The notes: generated by a model not told the origin, from the letters alone. 64,000 nt of DNA from Polyangiales bacterium (GCA_965227405.1 OZ245758.1:2932338-2996337); one strand, 5' to 3'. Positions 27,730 to 37,430 are shown, counted from the first letter of the stretch. Numbers and translations: made by a program.

Positions 27730-29889
27730 CTAGGCGCGTGCCACCGTGACGGGCACTCCGTTGATCGCCGCCGTGCCCGTCAGTCGATCGAAGTACTCGC
27801 CATCGGTCAGGTCGTTCAGGCTCACCCCGGCGTGCTGCTCTGCGACTCGCAGTCGCGTGCCCTTGCCGTGATGTCCAAACCCGTGGGGAAGACTGACCAC
27901 GCCTTGCATCACTTCGTCGGTGACTTCTGCGCTCACCTCCACCGAACCCACCCGTGAGGTGATCCGCACTTTGTCGCCCTGTTGGATGTCGCGTTCTTCG
28001 GCATCGTCGGGATGGATCATCAACGTGCAGCGATCGCGACCCTTCATGAGCATGGGTACGTTGTGCATCCATGAGTTGTTGGAACGAATATGCCGTCGCC
28101 CAATCAGCCGAAGCGTTTCTTCGACGGACTCACGGTCTTCCAAGCGCTGCAGGTCGTCGACGAAGACCTCAGGCGCGAGCTGAATCTTGGGGTGCTCCTT
28201 GGGAAGCTTCTCCGGCATCGAAGGCATCATCGGACCGAGGTCCAAACCGTGCGGATACTCCTGTACCACCTTGAGCGTCAGTTTGCCGGGCTGACCACCA
28301 AAGGGCTTCCAACCGGCGAAGCCCTTACCGTACGGACCCGCGCGTAAACCAAGGTCGAGCAAACGACGCGGTCCTGCAGCTTCGAGTGCACGCGCCTGCA
28401 ACGCGCCTTGGCTGAGTGGTCCGTGCCGAAGGGATTCGATGCGGCGCATCAGCCCGAGCAAGATCTCCCAATCGTGTTTTGCACCCGCGGGTTTCGGAAA
28501 CACGGCCTTGGAGAACTTGGTGGTGTTGCGAACGGCCACCGCGTGAAAGATCAAATCGTAGTGATCGCGCTCGAGTGGACTGACCGGAGGCAAGATGATG
28601 TGAGCGTGCTTGGTCGTCTCGTTCAGGAACGGGTCGATGCACACCATGAACTCGAGTTCGGGCAACGCGCGATCCAGAGCGGCTCCGTCGGGCGTCGACA
28701 ACACCGGGTTGCCCGCCATGGTCACCAGTCCGCGAATCTGACCTTCGCCCGGTGTACTGATCTCTTCGGCAATGCAGCTCGCCGGTAGTTCGCCACCAAA
28801 CTCGGGCAGCCCACGGACGCGACTCGTCCAGCGACCGAAACTTCCTCGACCCAAACCGAAACCACCACCTGCACCGATGACGTCGACCGCCGGTGTCGGA
28901 AACATCACTCCACCGGGACGATCAAAGTGACCGGTGATCAGGTTCAGGACGTGAATCAACCACGCCACCAGGCCACCAAACTCTTGGGTGCAGGCACCCA
29001 CGCGTCCATAGACGGCTGCACGCGGTGTGTCGGCAAGCTCACGGGCAATACGCCGAATGGTGTCGGCTTCCACGCCGCTGATCGTCGCTGCTCGTTCTGG
29101 CGTAAAGCTCTTGGTCGCGGCAACCAACTCGTCGAGGCCTTCGCAGTAGGGCGCCAGTCGACCCAGGTCGAGCTTCTCGTGGGCCGCGATAGTTTGCACC
29201 ATCGCCAACAAGACGAACGCGTCTGTCCCGGGACGAACAAACACATGCTCGTCCGCCACGCGCGCGGTTTCCGTGCGACGCGGGTCCATGACGACCACGC
29301 GACCGCGCTCACTGATCTCGCGTAGACGTCGTCGGATGTCCGGAGCGGTCATGATGCTGCCGTTACTGGCCAGCGGGTTTGCGCCCAACATGAAGAAGAA
29401 GTCGGTGCGATCGAGATCTGGAATCGGGAAGAAGAGTTGATGCCCGAACATCTGGTAGCTCGCGAACATATGCGGAAGTTGATCGACCGACGTCGCGCTA
29501 AACCGGTTCTTCGTCCGCAAGACTCGCAACAACATCGGACCGAAGAGCATCGAGCCGAGGTTGTGGGCGTTCGGGTTGCCCAGATACAGACCCACCGCAT
29601 CGCGACCGTGCGCGGTTTGGATCTGATGAAGACGCTCGCATGACTCGTCGAGAGCTTCGTCCCAGCCAATGGGTTCCCAGTTCGAACCGTTGCGACGCAT
29701 CGGATGACGCAAACGATCCGGGTCTTCGTACAGACTCTTAAGACCCACAGCTTTGGGACACACGTGCCCGCGACTCAGCGGATCGTGTTCATCACCGCGG
29801 ATGTCTTGAACCTCGCCTCGGTCGGTCTCGATCCGCAGTCCACACATGGCTTCACAGAGTGGACAGGTGGTGAAATGGGTCTCAGGCAT
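27730..29889 (-). CDS. molybdopterin (bis-MGD) oxidoreductase family protein
   Basis: N-terminal 4Fe-4S Mo/W-bisMGD motif TCPLCEAMCGL...GHVCPKA. Length 719 aa and C-terminal MopB-like segments. Confidence 0.8.
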   Translation of the reverse strand: MPETHFTTCPLCEAMCGLRIETDRGEVQDIRGDEHDPLSRGHVCPKAVGLKSLYEDPDRLRHPMRRNGSNWEPIGWDEALDESCERLHQIQTAHGRDAVGLYLGNPNAHNLGSMLFGPMLLRVLRTKNRFSATSVDQLPHMFASYQMFGHQLFFPIPDLDRTDFFFMLGANPLASNGSIMTAPDIRRRLREISERGRVVVMDPRRTETARVADEHVFVRPGTDAFVLLAMVQTIAAHEKLDLGRLAPYCEGLDELVAATKSFTPERAATISGVEADTIRRIARELADTPRAAVYGRVGACTQEFGGLVAWLIHVLNLITGHFDRPGGVMFPTPAVDVIGAGGGFGLGRGSFGRWTSRVRGLPEFGGELPASCIAEEISTPGEGQIRGLVTMAGNPVLSTPDGAALDRALPELEFMVCIDPFLNETTKHAHIILPPVSPLERDHYDLIFHAVAVRNTTKFSKAVFPKPAGAKHDWEILLGLMRRIESLRHGPLSQGALQARALEAAGPRRLLDLGLRAGPYGKGFAGWKPFGGQPGKLTLKVVQEYPHGLDLGPMMPSMPEKLPKEHPKIQLAPEVFVDDLQRLEDRESVEETLRLIGRRHIRSNNSWMHNVPMLMKGRDRCTLMIHPDDAEERDIQQGDKVRITSRVGSVEVSAEVTDEVMQGVVSLPHGFGHHGKGTRLRVAEQHAGVSLNDLTDGEYFDRLTGTAAINGVPVTVARA

Positions 29890-29918
29890 GGGCGCAGAAT
29901 GCCGAAATCACCGAGAAA

Positions 29919-30572
29919 GTGCACGATGCACAGATCCAGGGATACACTGGAAGGGTGAGATCCTTGCTTGTGCTGGCAATGGCGCTCTCGCTGGGGGGAA
30001 CGGCGATGGCGCAGGAGGCTGTTCCGCAGCCGACCGACGACGGCGTTCCAGGTGCCGACGAGATTGGACGCGCAGAGTTTCTGCGTGGACGACGCGCCTA
30101 CGATTCGGGTGACTACGAAACTGCGCTCGACGCGTTTCAACGGGCGCTCGAGCTAACGTCACGACCTGCTCTTTACTACAACGTGGGTCTAGCACTTGAC
30201 CGTTTGCGTCGCGACGCTGACGCGCTTGCTGCGTACGAGCGCTACTTGGAGTTGGTCGAGGAATCCAACGAGCGACCGACAGTCGAAGCGCGCGTTCTAG
30301 CGTTGCGACGTGCACTCGAAGAGGACCAAGAGCGCTCCGCAGCGGCGGTTGCTGCGGCAGAGGCGGAACGCGAGCGCGCACTCCAAGAGGAGCGGGACCG
30401 TTTAATGGGCGCGAACCGAGCGAAACGTCGTCGCACAGGGCTCATCGTGGGGATCAGTTCAGCTGTTGTCGTGGGTGCTGTCGTGGCTGTGGTGATTATT
30501 GCGACCCGCGGAGGCAACAACCTAGAGCAGGGGGACTTCGGTCCCGCCAGCAGGGCTTTGGTGAGTTGGTGA
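29919..30572 (+). CDS. signal peptide / TPR-like / C-terminal TM protein
   Basis: Signal peptide (VRSLLVLAMALSLGGTAMAQEA). TPR-like YDSGDYETALDAFQRALELTSRPALYYNVGLALDRLRRDADALAAYERYLE, which is a paralogue pattern of 19821..20516. Coiled-coil/acidic linker. C-terminal TM GLIVGISSAVVVGAVVAVVII. Its stop overlaps the next gene's ATG in TGATG. Confidence 0.6.
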   Translation: MHDAQIQGYTGRVRSLLVLAMALSLGGTAMAQEAVPQPTDDGVPGADEIGRAEFLRGRRAYDSGDYETALDAFQRALELTSRPALYYNVGLALDRLRRDADALAAYERYLELVEESNERPTVEARVLALRRALEEDQERSAAAVAAAEAERERALQEERDRLMGANRAKRRRTGLIVGISSAVVVGAVVAVVIIATRGGNNLEQGDFGPASRALVSW

Positions 30573-33316
30573 TGCGAATCCGTGTGTTGAGTGTGCTCTT
30601 GGTTGCGGCGTTGGGATGCGGTGACGATCCCACCCAAATCATCGTGGAGATCTACGGAGCGGACGAAATCGTTCGCGACGTCACAGGTGTGCGTATTCGT
30701 GTTGAAGGCCGTGGCCGTGACGATGGCGACTTCAGCGACCCGCCGATCTACGTCACGGACAACGCTGTTCCTGCAGGCGCGTCGAACTTCCCGCTGACCC
30801 ACGTCATCGCGCCTTTGGACGGCGATGCGAACCGAATCTACCGCGTGACCGCACAAGGTTTGGTTTCGGACGCCACGGGCATCAGCGTGATTTCAGAAGC
30901 GCGAGCAATCTCCGGATTCATCAGGGGTGAAACCCGTGTGTTGAGGCTCTACTTGCCCGGGGGTCCGTGCCGGGATCGAACCTGTCCGGTCACACAGACC
31001 TGCGTGCAGGGTTCATGTGTCGACATCGTGGAGATCCCACCCGAACTTCTGCCTGGTCGAAATGGTGATCCCTTTGATGCCGGCGTGATGGACGTTGGTT
31101 TGGATACGATGGGCGACACGTGTGAGGGCGAAGGCGAGCCATGTGATCCCGAAGCGCTCTGCGAGACGGGCGTGACCATGTGTTCGGATGGCGAACCCGT
31201 TTGTGTGGGGACCGGTGAGGCACGTAGCGCAGGCACAGTGTGTCGCGCCGGCGACGGGGTGTGCGACGCCGAAGAGACCTGCGATGGCGAAAGCCTGGAG
31301 TGTCCTGTGGATGCACCTGTCGCGGATCTGACTCCATGTGGAGATGCCGGCGAGATCTGCGTTGGCGGTGTGTGCGATCTGTGCGACCCCAGTGCGCCCT
31401 GTTCGACAGGGAACGCCTGTGAGCGCGGTACACTGGTGTGCGAAGGCGAGCCAACCTGTGAGCCCAATGGTCCTGCAGACCCAGGCACGGTCTGTCGCCC
31501 TGCCGCCGGACTTTGTGATGCAGAGGAGTTCTGTGATGGAACGAGCCTCGCGTGCCCCGACGATGAGCTGAAAGTCGACGGTGCGATTTGCCGTGAAGCA
31601 GAGGGGCTCTGTGATGTGGCCGACGTCTGCGATGGGATGACCGTGAACTGTCCTGACGAGCTCGCGGATGCCACTGTGGAGTGCAACGCCTCGCAAGGCG
31701 TGTGCGATCCAGCAGAGATGTGTGACGGCGCGTCGAAGACGTGTCCCGCAGATGTGCTTTTGGGCAGCGACGATGTGTGTCGCCCCGGTACATCGGAGTG
31801 TGATGTTGATGAGACGTGCGACGGCATCAACGGCGCATGCCCAGAGGATGCGTTTGTCGACTTCGGTGGTTCGTGCGGGGCGGACGGCATGAACATTTGC
31901 GACGGGAGCGGCCGTTGCATTCCTCCCACGTGCGGAACTGAATGCAACACCGGACGCGCCTGCGAAGTCGGAATCGTGGACTGTCCAGAAGGCGAAGCGC
32001 CGCAATGCATTCCGGACCGGGTTCTAGGCGCTGGGACTCCCTGTCGTGCTTCCGCAGGAGTGTGCGACGTCGCAGAAACCTGCGACGGAGTGAACGGTGC
32101 GTGTCCCCCGGATTTGTTCGAGCCGGCTACGACCGTTTGTAACGCTGCGGTGGGTGCTTGCGATGTCGCGGAAACATGCACCGGGTCGGGACCAACTTGC
32201 CCGACCGATGCGGTGCAACCGTCAACGCATACCTGTCGACCAGCTGCAGGTGGGTGTGACGTTGCAGAGACTTGTAACGGCATGGACAAAGGGTGTCCTG
32301 CAGATGACCTGGCGACAGGAATCTGCCGACCTCCGCGTGGACCCTGCGACGTCGCTGAGGCATGCGATGGCGTGTCTGTCGACTGTCCAGACGATGTGTT
32401 GCGTGAAGACGGAGCCATTTGTCGTGCAGCCGGTGGTCTTTGTGACATCGAAGAGGTCTGCGACGGAGCCAATCCAACCTGCCCCACCAACGAGTTCGAC
32501 TCGGGCTCACTTTGCCGCGGTGCCGTCGACGACTGCGATGTCGACGAGTTCTGCTCGGGAAGCGCAGCGACCTGTCCCACCGATCAGTTTGAGCCTGCAG
32601 GGTTCGTCTGCCTCGAGTCGAGCGGGTTCGACTGTGAAGCCGATGCGGTGTGCAGTGGCACGGACCCCTTCTGTCCCGTTGGCGATGCAACGTGCTTCGA
32701 TCTCGTGATCAGCGAGGTGCTTCCTGAGGACACGATCACCAGTGGCCGGCAGGGCTTCGTCGAGATCTACAACACCAGCGATGACCCTTTGCTTTTGGAA
32801 GAGTGCGTTCTTCTCAACAGCGCAGGAGGCGTGACTCCTCTCGACAGCGGTGGGGTCGAAGGAGACGGCGGCATCCCGCCCCACGGGTTCTTCTTGGTGA
32901 GTTACGGCACTGCGGCGGCGACCGCGGACATCAATACGAACCAACCACACCCCGGCAACTTCGGTGGTGAGGTTGTCCTCGATTGTGAAACTTTCGCAAT
33001 CGATGCCTGTGCGTGGGCCCCCGGTGTGGGTATGGACGGTGGGATGTCGCTGGATGGTGGTGACACGATGGATGCCGGTGGCATCGGTGACGTTCTCGAA
33101 GGGCCGCCCGCAACGAACCCACCACGTGGTTTCTCGCTCGAACGGAAAGCATGCTTCGACTCAGATGAAGCGAGCATGCGTGGCGCCGGACGCGACGCGA
33201 CCTCCGGTAACTCCGAAGACACCGACGTCAACGAGGACGACTTCCTCAATCGGATGTCACCGCAGCCGCAGTCCTCGTCGAGTCCGCCTGAGACGCCAGC
33301 GATCTGTCCGTTCTAG
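30572..33316 (+). CDS. lipoprotein with about 16 Myxococcus-type cysteine-rich repeats and C-terminal lamin-tail domain (LTD)
   Basis: MRIRVLSVLLVAALGCGDD lipobox. Repeats of C(R/N)xxxGxCDxxExCDGxxxxCPxD match the myxobacterial disulfide-repeat family. The C-terminus VISEVLPE...GFVEIYNTSDDPLLLEECVLLN matches the LTD signature. Confidence 0.8.
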   Translation: MRIRVLSVLLVAALGCGDDPTQIIVEIYGADEIVRDVTGVRIRVEGRGRDDGDFSDPPIYVTDNAVPAGASNFPLTHVIAPLDGDANRIYRVTAQGLVSDATGISVISEARAISGFIRGETRVLRLYLPGGPCRDRTCPVTQTCVQGSCVDIVEIPPELLPGRNGDPFDAGVMDVGLDTMGDTCEGEGEPCDPEALCETGVTMCSDGEPVCVGTGEARSAGTVCRAGDGVCDAEETCDGESLECPVDAPVADLTPCGDAGEICVGGVCDLCDPSAPCSTGNACERGTLVCEGEPTCEPNGPADPGTVCRPAAGLCDAEEFCDGTSLACPDDELKVDGAICREAEGLCDVADVCDGMTVNCPDELADATVECNASQGVCDPAEMCDGASKTCPADVLLGSDDVCRPGTSECDVDETCDGINGACPEDAFVDFGGSCGADGMNICDGSGRCIPPTCGTECNTGRACEVGIVDCPEGEAPQCIPDRVLGAGTPCRASAGVCDVAETCDGVNGACPPDLFEPATTVCNAAVGACDVAETCTGSGPTCPTDAVQPSTHTCRPAAGGCDVAETCNGMDKGCPADDLATGICRPPRGPCDVAEACDGVSVDCPDDVLREDGAICRAAGGLCDIEEVCDGANPTCPTNEFDSGSLCRGAVDDCDVDEFCSGSAATCPTDQFEPAGFVCLESSGFDCEADAVCSGTDPFCPVGDATCFDLVISEVLPEDTITSGRQGFVEIYNTSDDPLLLEECVLLNSAGGVTPLDSGGVEGDGGIPPHGFFLVSYGTAAATADINTNQPHPGNFGGEVVLDCETFAIDACAWAPGVGMDGGMSLDGGDTMDAGGIGDVLEGPPATNPPRGFSLERKACFDSDEASMRGAGRDATSGNSEDTDVNEDDFLNRMSPQPQSSSSPPETPAICPF

Positions 33317-35916
33317 CCCTTCTTGGCAAAGGTGAAGTCGCCGTCTTTGACGTCGACTTCGATCACATCTCCCGCGCCGTAGCCGCCTTGCAACATGACC
33401 TGCGCCATCGGGTCTTGGAGGTTCTTCAGGATCACGCGCTTGAGCGGACGTGCGCCGAACGCGGGCTCGTAGCCCATATCGACGATAAGATCCTTCGCGG
33501 CGTCGGTCACTTCGAGTTCGATCCGGCGGTGGGCGAGAAGCTTGCCCAGGCCACGAAGCTGGATGTTGGTGATGCCGAGCAAGTCGCCCTTCTCCAGCGG
33601 GTCAAAGATCACCACGTCGTCGATACGGTTGAGGAACTCCGGTCGAAACTTCTTGTGGAGTTCGGCTTCGACTTTCTCTTTGAGTTCTTCGTTCGTGCCT
33701 TCGTGATCCAAGATGAGATGGCTACCCACGTTGCTGGTCATAATGATGACCGTGTCTTGGAAGTGCGCCGGACGTCCGCGTGAGTCGGTCAGACGACCAT
33801 CGTCGAGCACCTGCAACGTGATGTTGAACACGTCGGGGTGCGCCTTCTCCATCTCGTCGAAGAGCACCACGCTATAGGGCCGTTGGCGGACGGCCTCGGT
33901 CAGGAAACCACCCGCGTCGCTGTCCTTGTAGCCGGGAGGTGCACCCAACAGGCGCGCCACCATGTGCTTCTCCATAAACTCGGACATGTCCAAGCGCGTC
34001 AGCGAGGCCTCGTCGTCGAACAGGAACTCGGCGAGCGCCTTGGCGAGCTCGGTCTTTCCAACACCGGTCGGACCAAGGAAGAGGAAGCTTCCGATCGGAC
34101 GACGTGGGTCGCGTAGACCCACGCGACCGCGACGAACGGCTTTGGAGATGGCGGTCACGGCGTGATCTTGTCCGACCACACGCTTTTTCAGCATGTCCTC
34201 CATCTTGAGAAGCTTGGTGGTCTCCTCTTCCATCATCTTGGCGACGGGAACCCCGGTCCAAAGCGCGACGACATCGGCGACATCTTGCGGCGTGACGGTG
34301 TCGCGCAGCATCGAGTTGGACTCGTCGACTTCCTCCATGCCTTCACTCGCTTCGGCCAGTTGCTTTTCGAGCAACGGGATCGTGCCGAATCGAAGTTCAC
34401 CAGCGCGCGCGTGATCACCACTGCCGCGAACCTGTTCAAGCTCGCGATTGGCAGCCGCGAGTTCTTCCTTGAGGCGACGAACTTCGCCCACACCGTTGAG
34501 CTCACGCTCCCAGCGGGTCTGAAGCTTCTCAATCCGTGGACGTAGATCGGCAGCTTCTGCCTCGAGCTTCTCCAAGGTCGCTACGGACTCCGCGTCGTGG
34601 TCATCCTGAAGACTGCGAATCTGGATCTCCAACGCTTCGACACGTCGCTTCAGACGATCCAACTCGTGCGGTTCGCTTTCCATCTCGACGCGAACACGTG
34701 CAGCGGCTTCGTCGATCAAATCGACTGCGCTCTTGGGCAGCTGCACCCCCGGCACGTAGCGACGTGCAAACGTGGCTGCAGCGACCAACGCGGGATCGCC
34801 GATGCGCACACCATGGTCGATCTCAAAACGACCCACGACTCCGCGCAAGACACCGATGGCTTCTTCGAGGGTCGGCGGTTCGACCGCGATGCCGACAAAG
34901 CGACGTGCGAGATTGCTGTCGTCGTCGAAGGCTTTGCGGACGGCATCGGGCGTCGCCACAGCGATGGCGCGAAGTTCGCCGCGTCCGAGTGCCGCTGCAA
35001 TGAGTTCACCGGCTCCTGCGGCTTTCCCGCTCAGCGCACCGATGTCCGGGATAAATAGGATGATCTCGCCAGCGCTGTCCCGGATGGTCTCGAGGATCGC
35101 ACGCGTTCGTTCTTCGAGTTGTCCACGCAGCGAAGCGCCCGCGACCAGGCTTCCCATTTCGAGCGCCACGATGCGCTTGCCCTTGAGCATGGAAGGCACG
35201 TCACCCACCGAAATGCGCTGTGCAAGTGCTTGGACGATCGCGGTCTTGCCGATACCCGGCTCACCGACGAGCAGCGGGTTGTTCTCACGACGGCGCGCAA
35301 GCACCTGAAGCATGCGTCGGATCTCAGCAGCCCGACCCACAGTGGGATCGAACTTTCCTTGTGCGGCGAGTCGCGTGTAGTCGCGACCGAAAGCCTCGAT
35401 GGGATCACCGAAGTCGTCTTTGCCAGAGCTGCTACGTCGACGCGACGATCCGGACGAGGACTGTTCTTCGCCGATCTTGGCTCCGCCAAATGTTGCACGA
35501 AGAATGGGGGCGCTCAGTCCGACCGCTTTGAACACGTCCTTGATGCGTCCATCGGTTTCTTGAGCACACGCGAGCATCAGGTGGTCGGTACTGACCGGAA
35601 CACCACCCTGGCGGGCGGCTTCACCTTCTGCGCGACCCAGAAGATCGAGCATCCGCGGCGAGAGGTATGACTTGCCGTCTTTCACCGACTTGATCTTTCG
35701 AAGCACCATCTCGGTTTCGACCAACACGTCGGTGGGGTCGATACCGGCGCGTTCCAATGCACCTTCGACCGAGCTCTCGCGCTCCACGAGTTCGTACAGG
35801 AGGTGCAGCGGTTCGACCTCGGAGTGGTTGCGGTCGTCGGCGAGAGTTTGGGCTGCGGAAATCGCGTTCTTGGCGTCTTTTGTATACGCCTCGAGTCGAA
35901 GGGTCAGCGTGCTCAT
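33313..35916 (-). CDS. clpB: ATP-dependent chaperone ClpB
   Basis: 867 aa. N-domain, two AAA modules (GEPGIGKTAIV Walker A; GPTGVGKTELAKALA), the long middle coiled-coil, and a C-terminal GARPLKRVI... segment. Unambiguous Clp/Hsp100 architecture. Confidence 0.95.
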   Translation of the reverse strand: MSTLTLRLEAYTKDAKNAISAAQTLADDRNHSEVEPLHLLYELVERESSVEGALERAGIDPTDVLVETEMVLRKIKSVKDGKSYLSPRMLDLLGRAEGEAARQGGVPVSTDHLMLACAQETDGRIKDVFKAVGLSAPILRATFGGAKIGEEQSSSGSSRRRSSSGKDDFGDPIEAFGRDYTRLAAQGKFDPTVGRAAEIRRMLQVLARRRENNPLLVGEPGIGKTAIVQALAQRISVGDVPSMLKGKRIVALEMGSLVAGASLRGQLEERTRAILETIRDSAGEIILFIPDIGALSGKAAGAGELIAAALGRGELRAIAVATPDAVRKAFDDDSNLARRFVGIAVEPPTLEEAIGVLRGVVGRFEIDHGVRIGDPALVAAATFARRYVPGVQLPKSAVDLIDEAAARVRVEMESEPHELDRLKRRVEALEIQIRSLQDDHDAESVATLEKLEAEAADLRPRIEKLQTRWERELNGVGEVRRLKEELAAANRELEQVRGSGDHARAGELRFGTIPLLEKQLAEASEGMEEVDESNSMLRDTVTPQDVADVVALWTGVPVAKMMEEETTKLLKMEDMLKKRVVGQDHAVTAISKAVRRGRVGLRDPRRPIGSFLFLGPTGVGKTELAKALAEFLFDDEASLTRLDMSEFMEKHMVARLLGAPPGYKDSDAGGFLTEAVRQRPYSVVLFDEMEKAHPDVFNITLQVLDDGRLTDSRGRPAHFQDTVIIMTSNVGSHLILDHEGTNEELKEKVEAELHKKFRPEFLNRIDDVVIFDPLEKGDLLGITNIQLRGLGKLLAHRRIELEVTDAAKDLIVDMGYEPAFGARPLKRVILKNLQDPMAQVMLQGGYGAGDVIEVDVKDGDFTFAKKG

Positions 35917-35984
35917 GGGAGCGGAACCCTATAATAATGATCGCCAGCGCGGCTAGTGCTCGCTTCAGGCCGGCTGGTGCTCGT
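35917..35984. promoter_or_regulatory. clpB upstream region: AT-rich TATAATAATGAT box plus direct repeat CTnGTGCTCGnTT x2 (24 bp apart)
   Basis: Read directly. A perfect TATAAT (plus-strand orientation) lies 14 bp from the clpB start codon. Two 11/13-identical direct repeats at about 35949 and 35973. This is the only AT-rich patch in a GC-rich context, a candidate heat-shock regulatory site. Confidence 0.3.
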
Positions 35985-37430
35985 TTAGGCGCCTACCGTC
36001 GCTCGAATCGTGGGTGAGCGCATCTTCCACAGAAACCCATCAAAGTAGAAATGCACCATGGACTGATACACGGTCCAAAAGCCGATCAGCTCGTAGGTGG
36101 TGACATCGAAGATCGAAGGCATGGGCTGTTCGGGAGAGAGCCAGCGCCCGTAGTACTTCATGTACGTGAACACGAGACCGAGTGCGATTGCGGTCAGCAC
36201 GTACACCGTGAAAGGCCATCGGAGAAAACGCTCGATGAAGGGTTTGTGCTGAAGTGGCTCGCGATAGCGGCGTCGTTGAAACGCCCACACAAAGACCATG
36301 TACTCCACAGCGTGACTGAGTGCGTACGCCAAGTATGCCTTGAGCGGATGCACGACCAGGAAACTCGCTGCCAGTAGCGTGGTGCCTGCAGCCATGACCA
36401 AGCGCGGTGTGTTCTTCAATCCATGGGAGCGGTTCTCCCAGTAGAGAAAGAGCGCCACGCTTCCAACCACGAGCATGATCGCGGGAAGCATTCCGTAGCG
36501 TGCGGTGGCTTCGATGGCGTCGAAGAGTGGCGCGAGAATGTCGCGACCGCGCGAGAAGAGTCGGTTGACCTCCGAGCGATAGGTTGTGCCCAGGTAGAAC
36601 AAGTACAGGGGCAACCACGCGAAAATCAGCAGACGATCGACGTAGCCTGGTACGCGTTCTTTGGCGCCCGCTTTCGCGGAGTACATGCGGAGGATTCCGT
36701 ACTTCTGCATGTACACGTGCCAGATGTTCCAAATCCCTGCGAACACAGCTGCAAAGTTGAGCAGAGGACGCGGGCGCACGGTGGCCACGACGTCGCCCAA
36801 CGCGAACGGAATCGCGCCCGTGATGAGCGCGATGGCGGGAAGCACCCAACCTTTCGCACTGCGATGATCGGCGCCGAGACTGAACGTCGCCGCAACCAAG
36901 GCCGCCCACCACGCCCACGAACCGTTGAGTTCGAGAGCCGTTGCAGCCCCCCAACCAGCTCCTGCCGCAAGAGCCGCCAACACTGCGGTGCGCAACCAGA
37001 CGCGCTTGCCCGGTCGAGTTTCCGATCGGTCTTTCCGCATGACCTGAACCAAGAGCACAACGCCGGCAGCTATCGCTGCGAGTGCTTCCAGGGGTATAAA
37101 CACGTCGGCGCGTGCGATGATCGGACTGAGGATGAAGAGCCCAAACATCACGAGCGGAAAGATCGTGAAGCGCAGTGGGAAGTTCCGGAAGATCTGCCGA
37201 TCCATGTACACGTACGGAAATCCGTAGTGACGATGCACGTCGGTAAACGCGAGCACGATCAAGTAGCCGTAGATGTAGTCGTGGCGCTGGGAGTCACCGA
37301 GAAACGCCACCACGGCCAAGAAGGGCAGCCAGCTAAACGCGTACGCGATGGTGTCTACCCACGGCGCAACGTGCCAGTGCTGCACCTTCGCGTCAGGCGG
37401 GGGCACACCCAGTCGCGCAGACAAGCTCAT
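35985..37430 (-). CDS. polytopic integral membrane protein (at least 10 TM helices), function unknown
   Basis: Hydrophobic helices throughout (FLAVVAFLG, IFPLVMFGLFIL, AALAAGAGWGAATAL...). I chose the internal start MSLSARLG..., because the first 39 codons of the ORF are not protein-like. Confidence 0.5.
   Translation of the reverse strand: MSLSARLGVPPPDAKVQHWHVAPWVDTIAYAFSWLPFLAVVAFLGDSQRHDYIYGYLIVLAFTDVHRHYGFPYVYMDRQIFRNFPLRFTIFPLVMFGLFILSPIIARADVFIPLEALAAIAAGVVLLVQVMRKDRSETRPGKRVWLRTAVLAALAAGAGWGAATALELNGSWAWWAALVAATFSLGADHRSAKGWVLPAIALITGAIPFALGDVVATVRPRPLLNFAAVFAGIWNIWHVYMQKYGILRMYSAKAGAKERVPGYVDRLLIFAWLPLYLFYLGTTYRSEVNRLFSRGRDILAPLFDAIEATARYGMLPAIMLVVGSVALFLYWENRSHGLKNTPRLVMAAGTTLLAASFLVVHPLKAYLAYALSHAVEYMVFVWAFQRRRYREPLQHKPFIERFLRWPFTVYVLTAIALGLVFTYMKYYGRWLSPEQPMPSIFDVTTYELIGFWTVYQSMVHFYFDGFLWKMRSPTIRATVGA

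Noticed and set aside
26456-28072. 538-aa minus-strand ORF
   Set aside because: Extremely Arg-rich (RRRR tracts) with no domain. It is antisense to the lipoprotein and overlaps the molybdopterin oxidoreductase frame. Judged a spurious GC-frame ORF.
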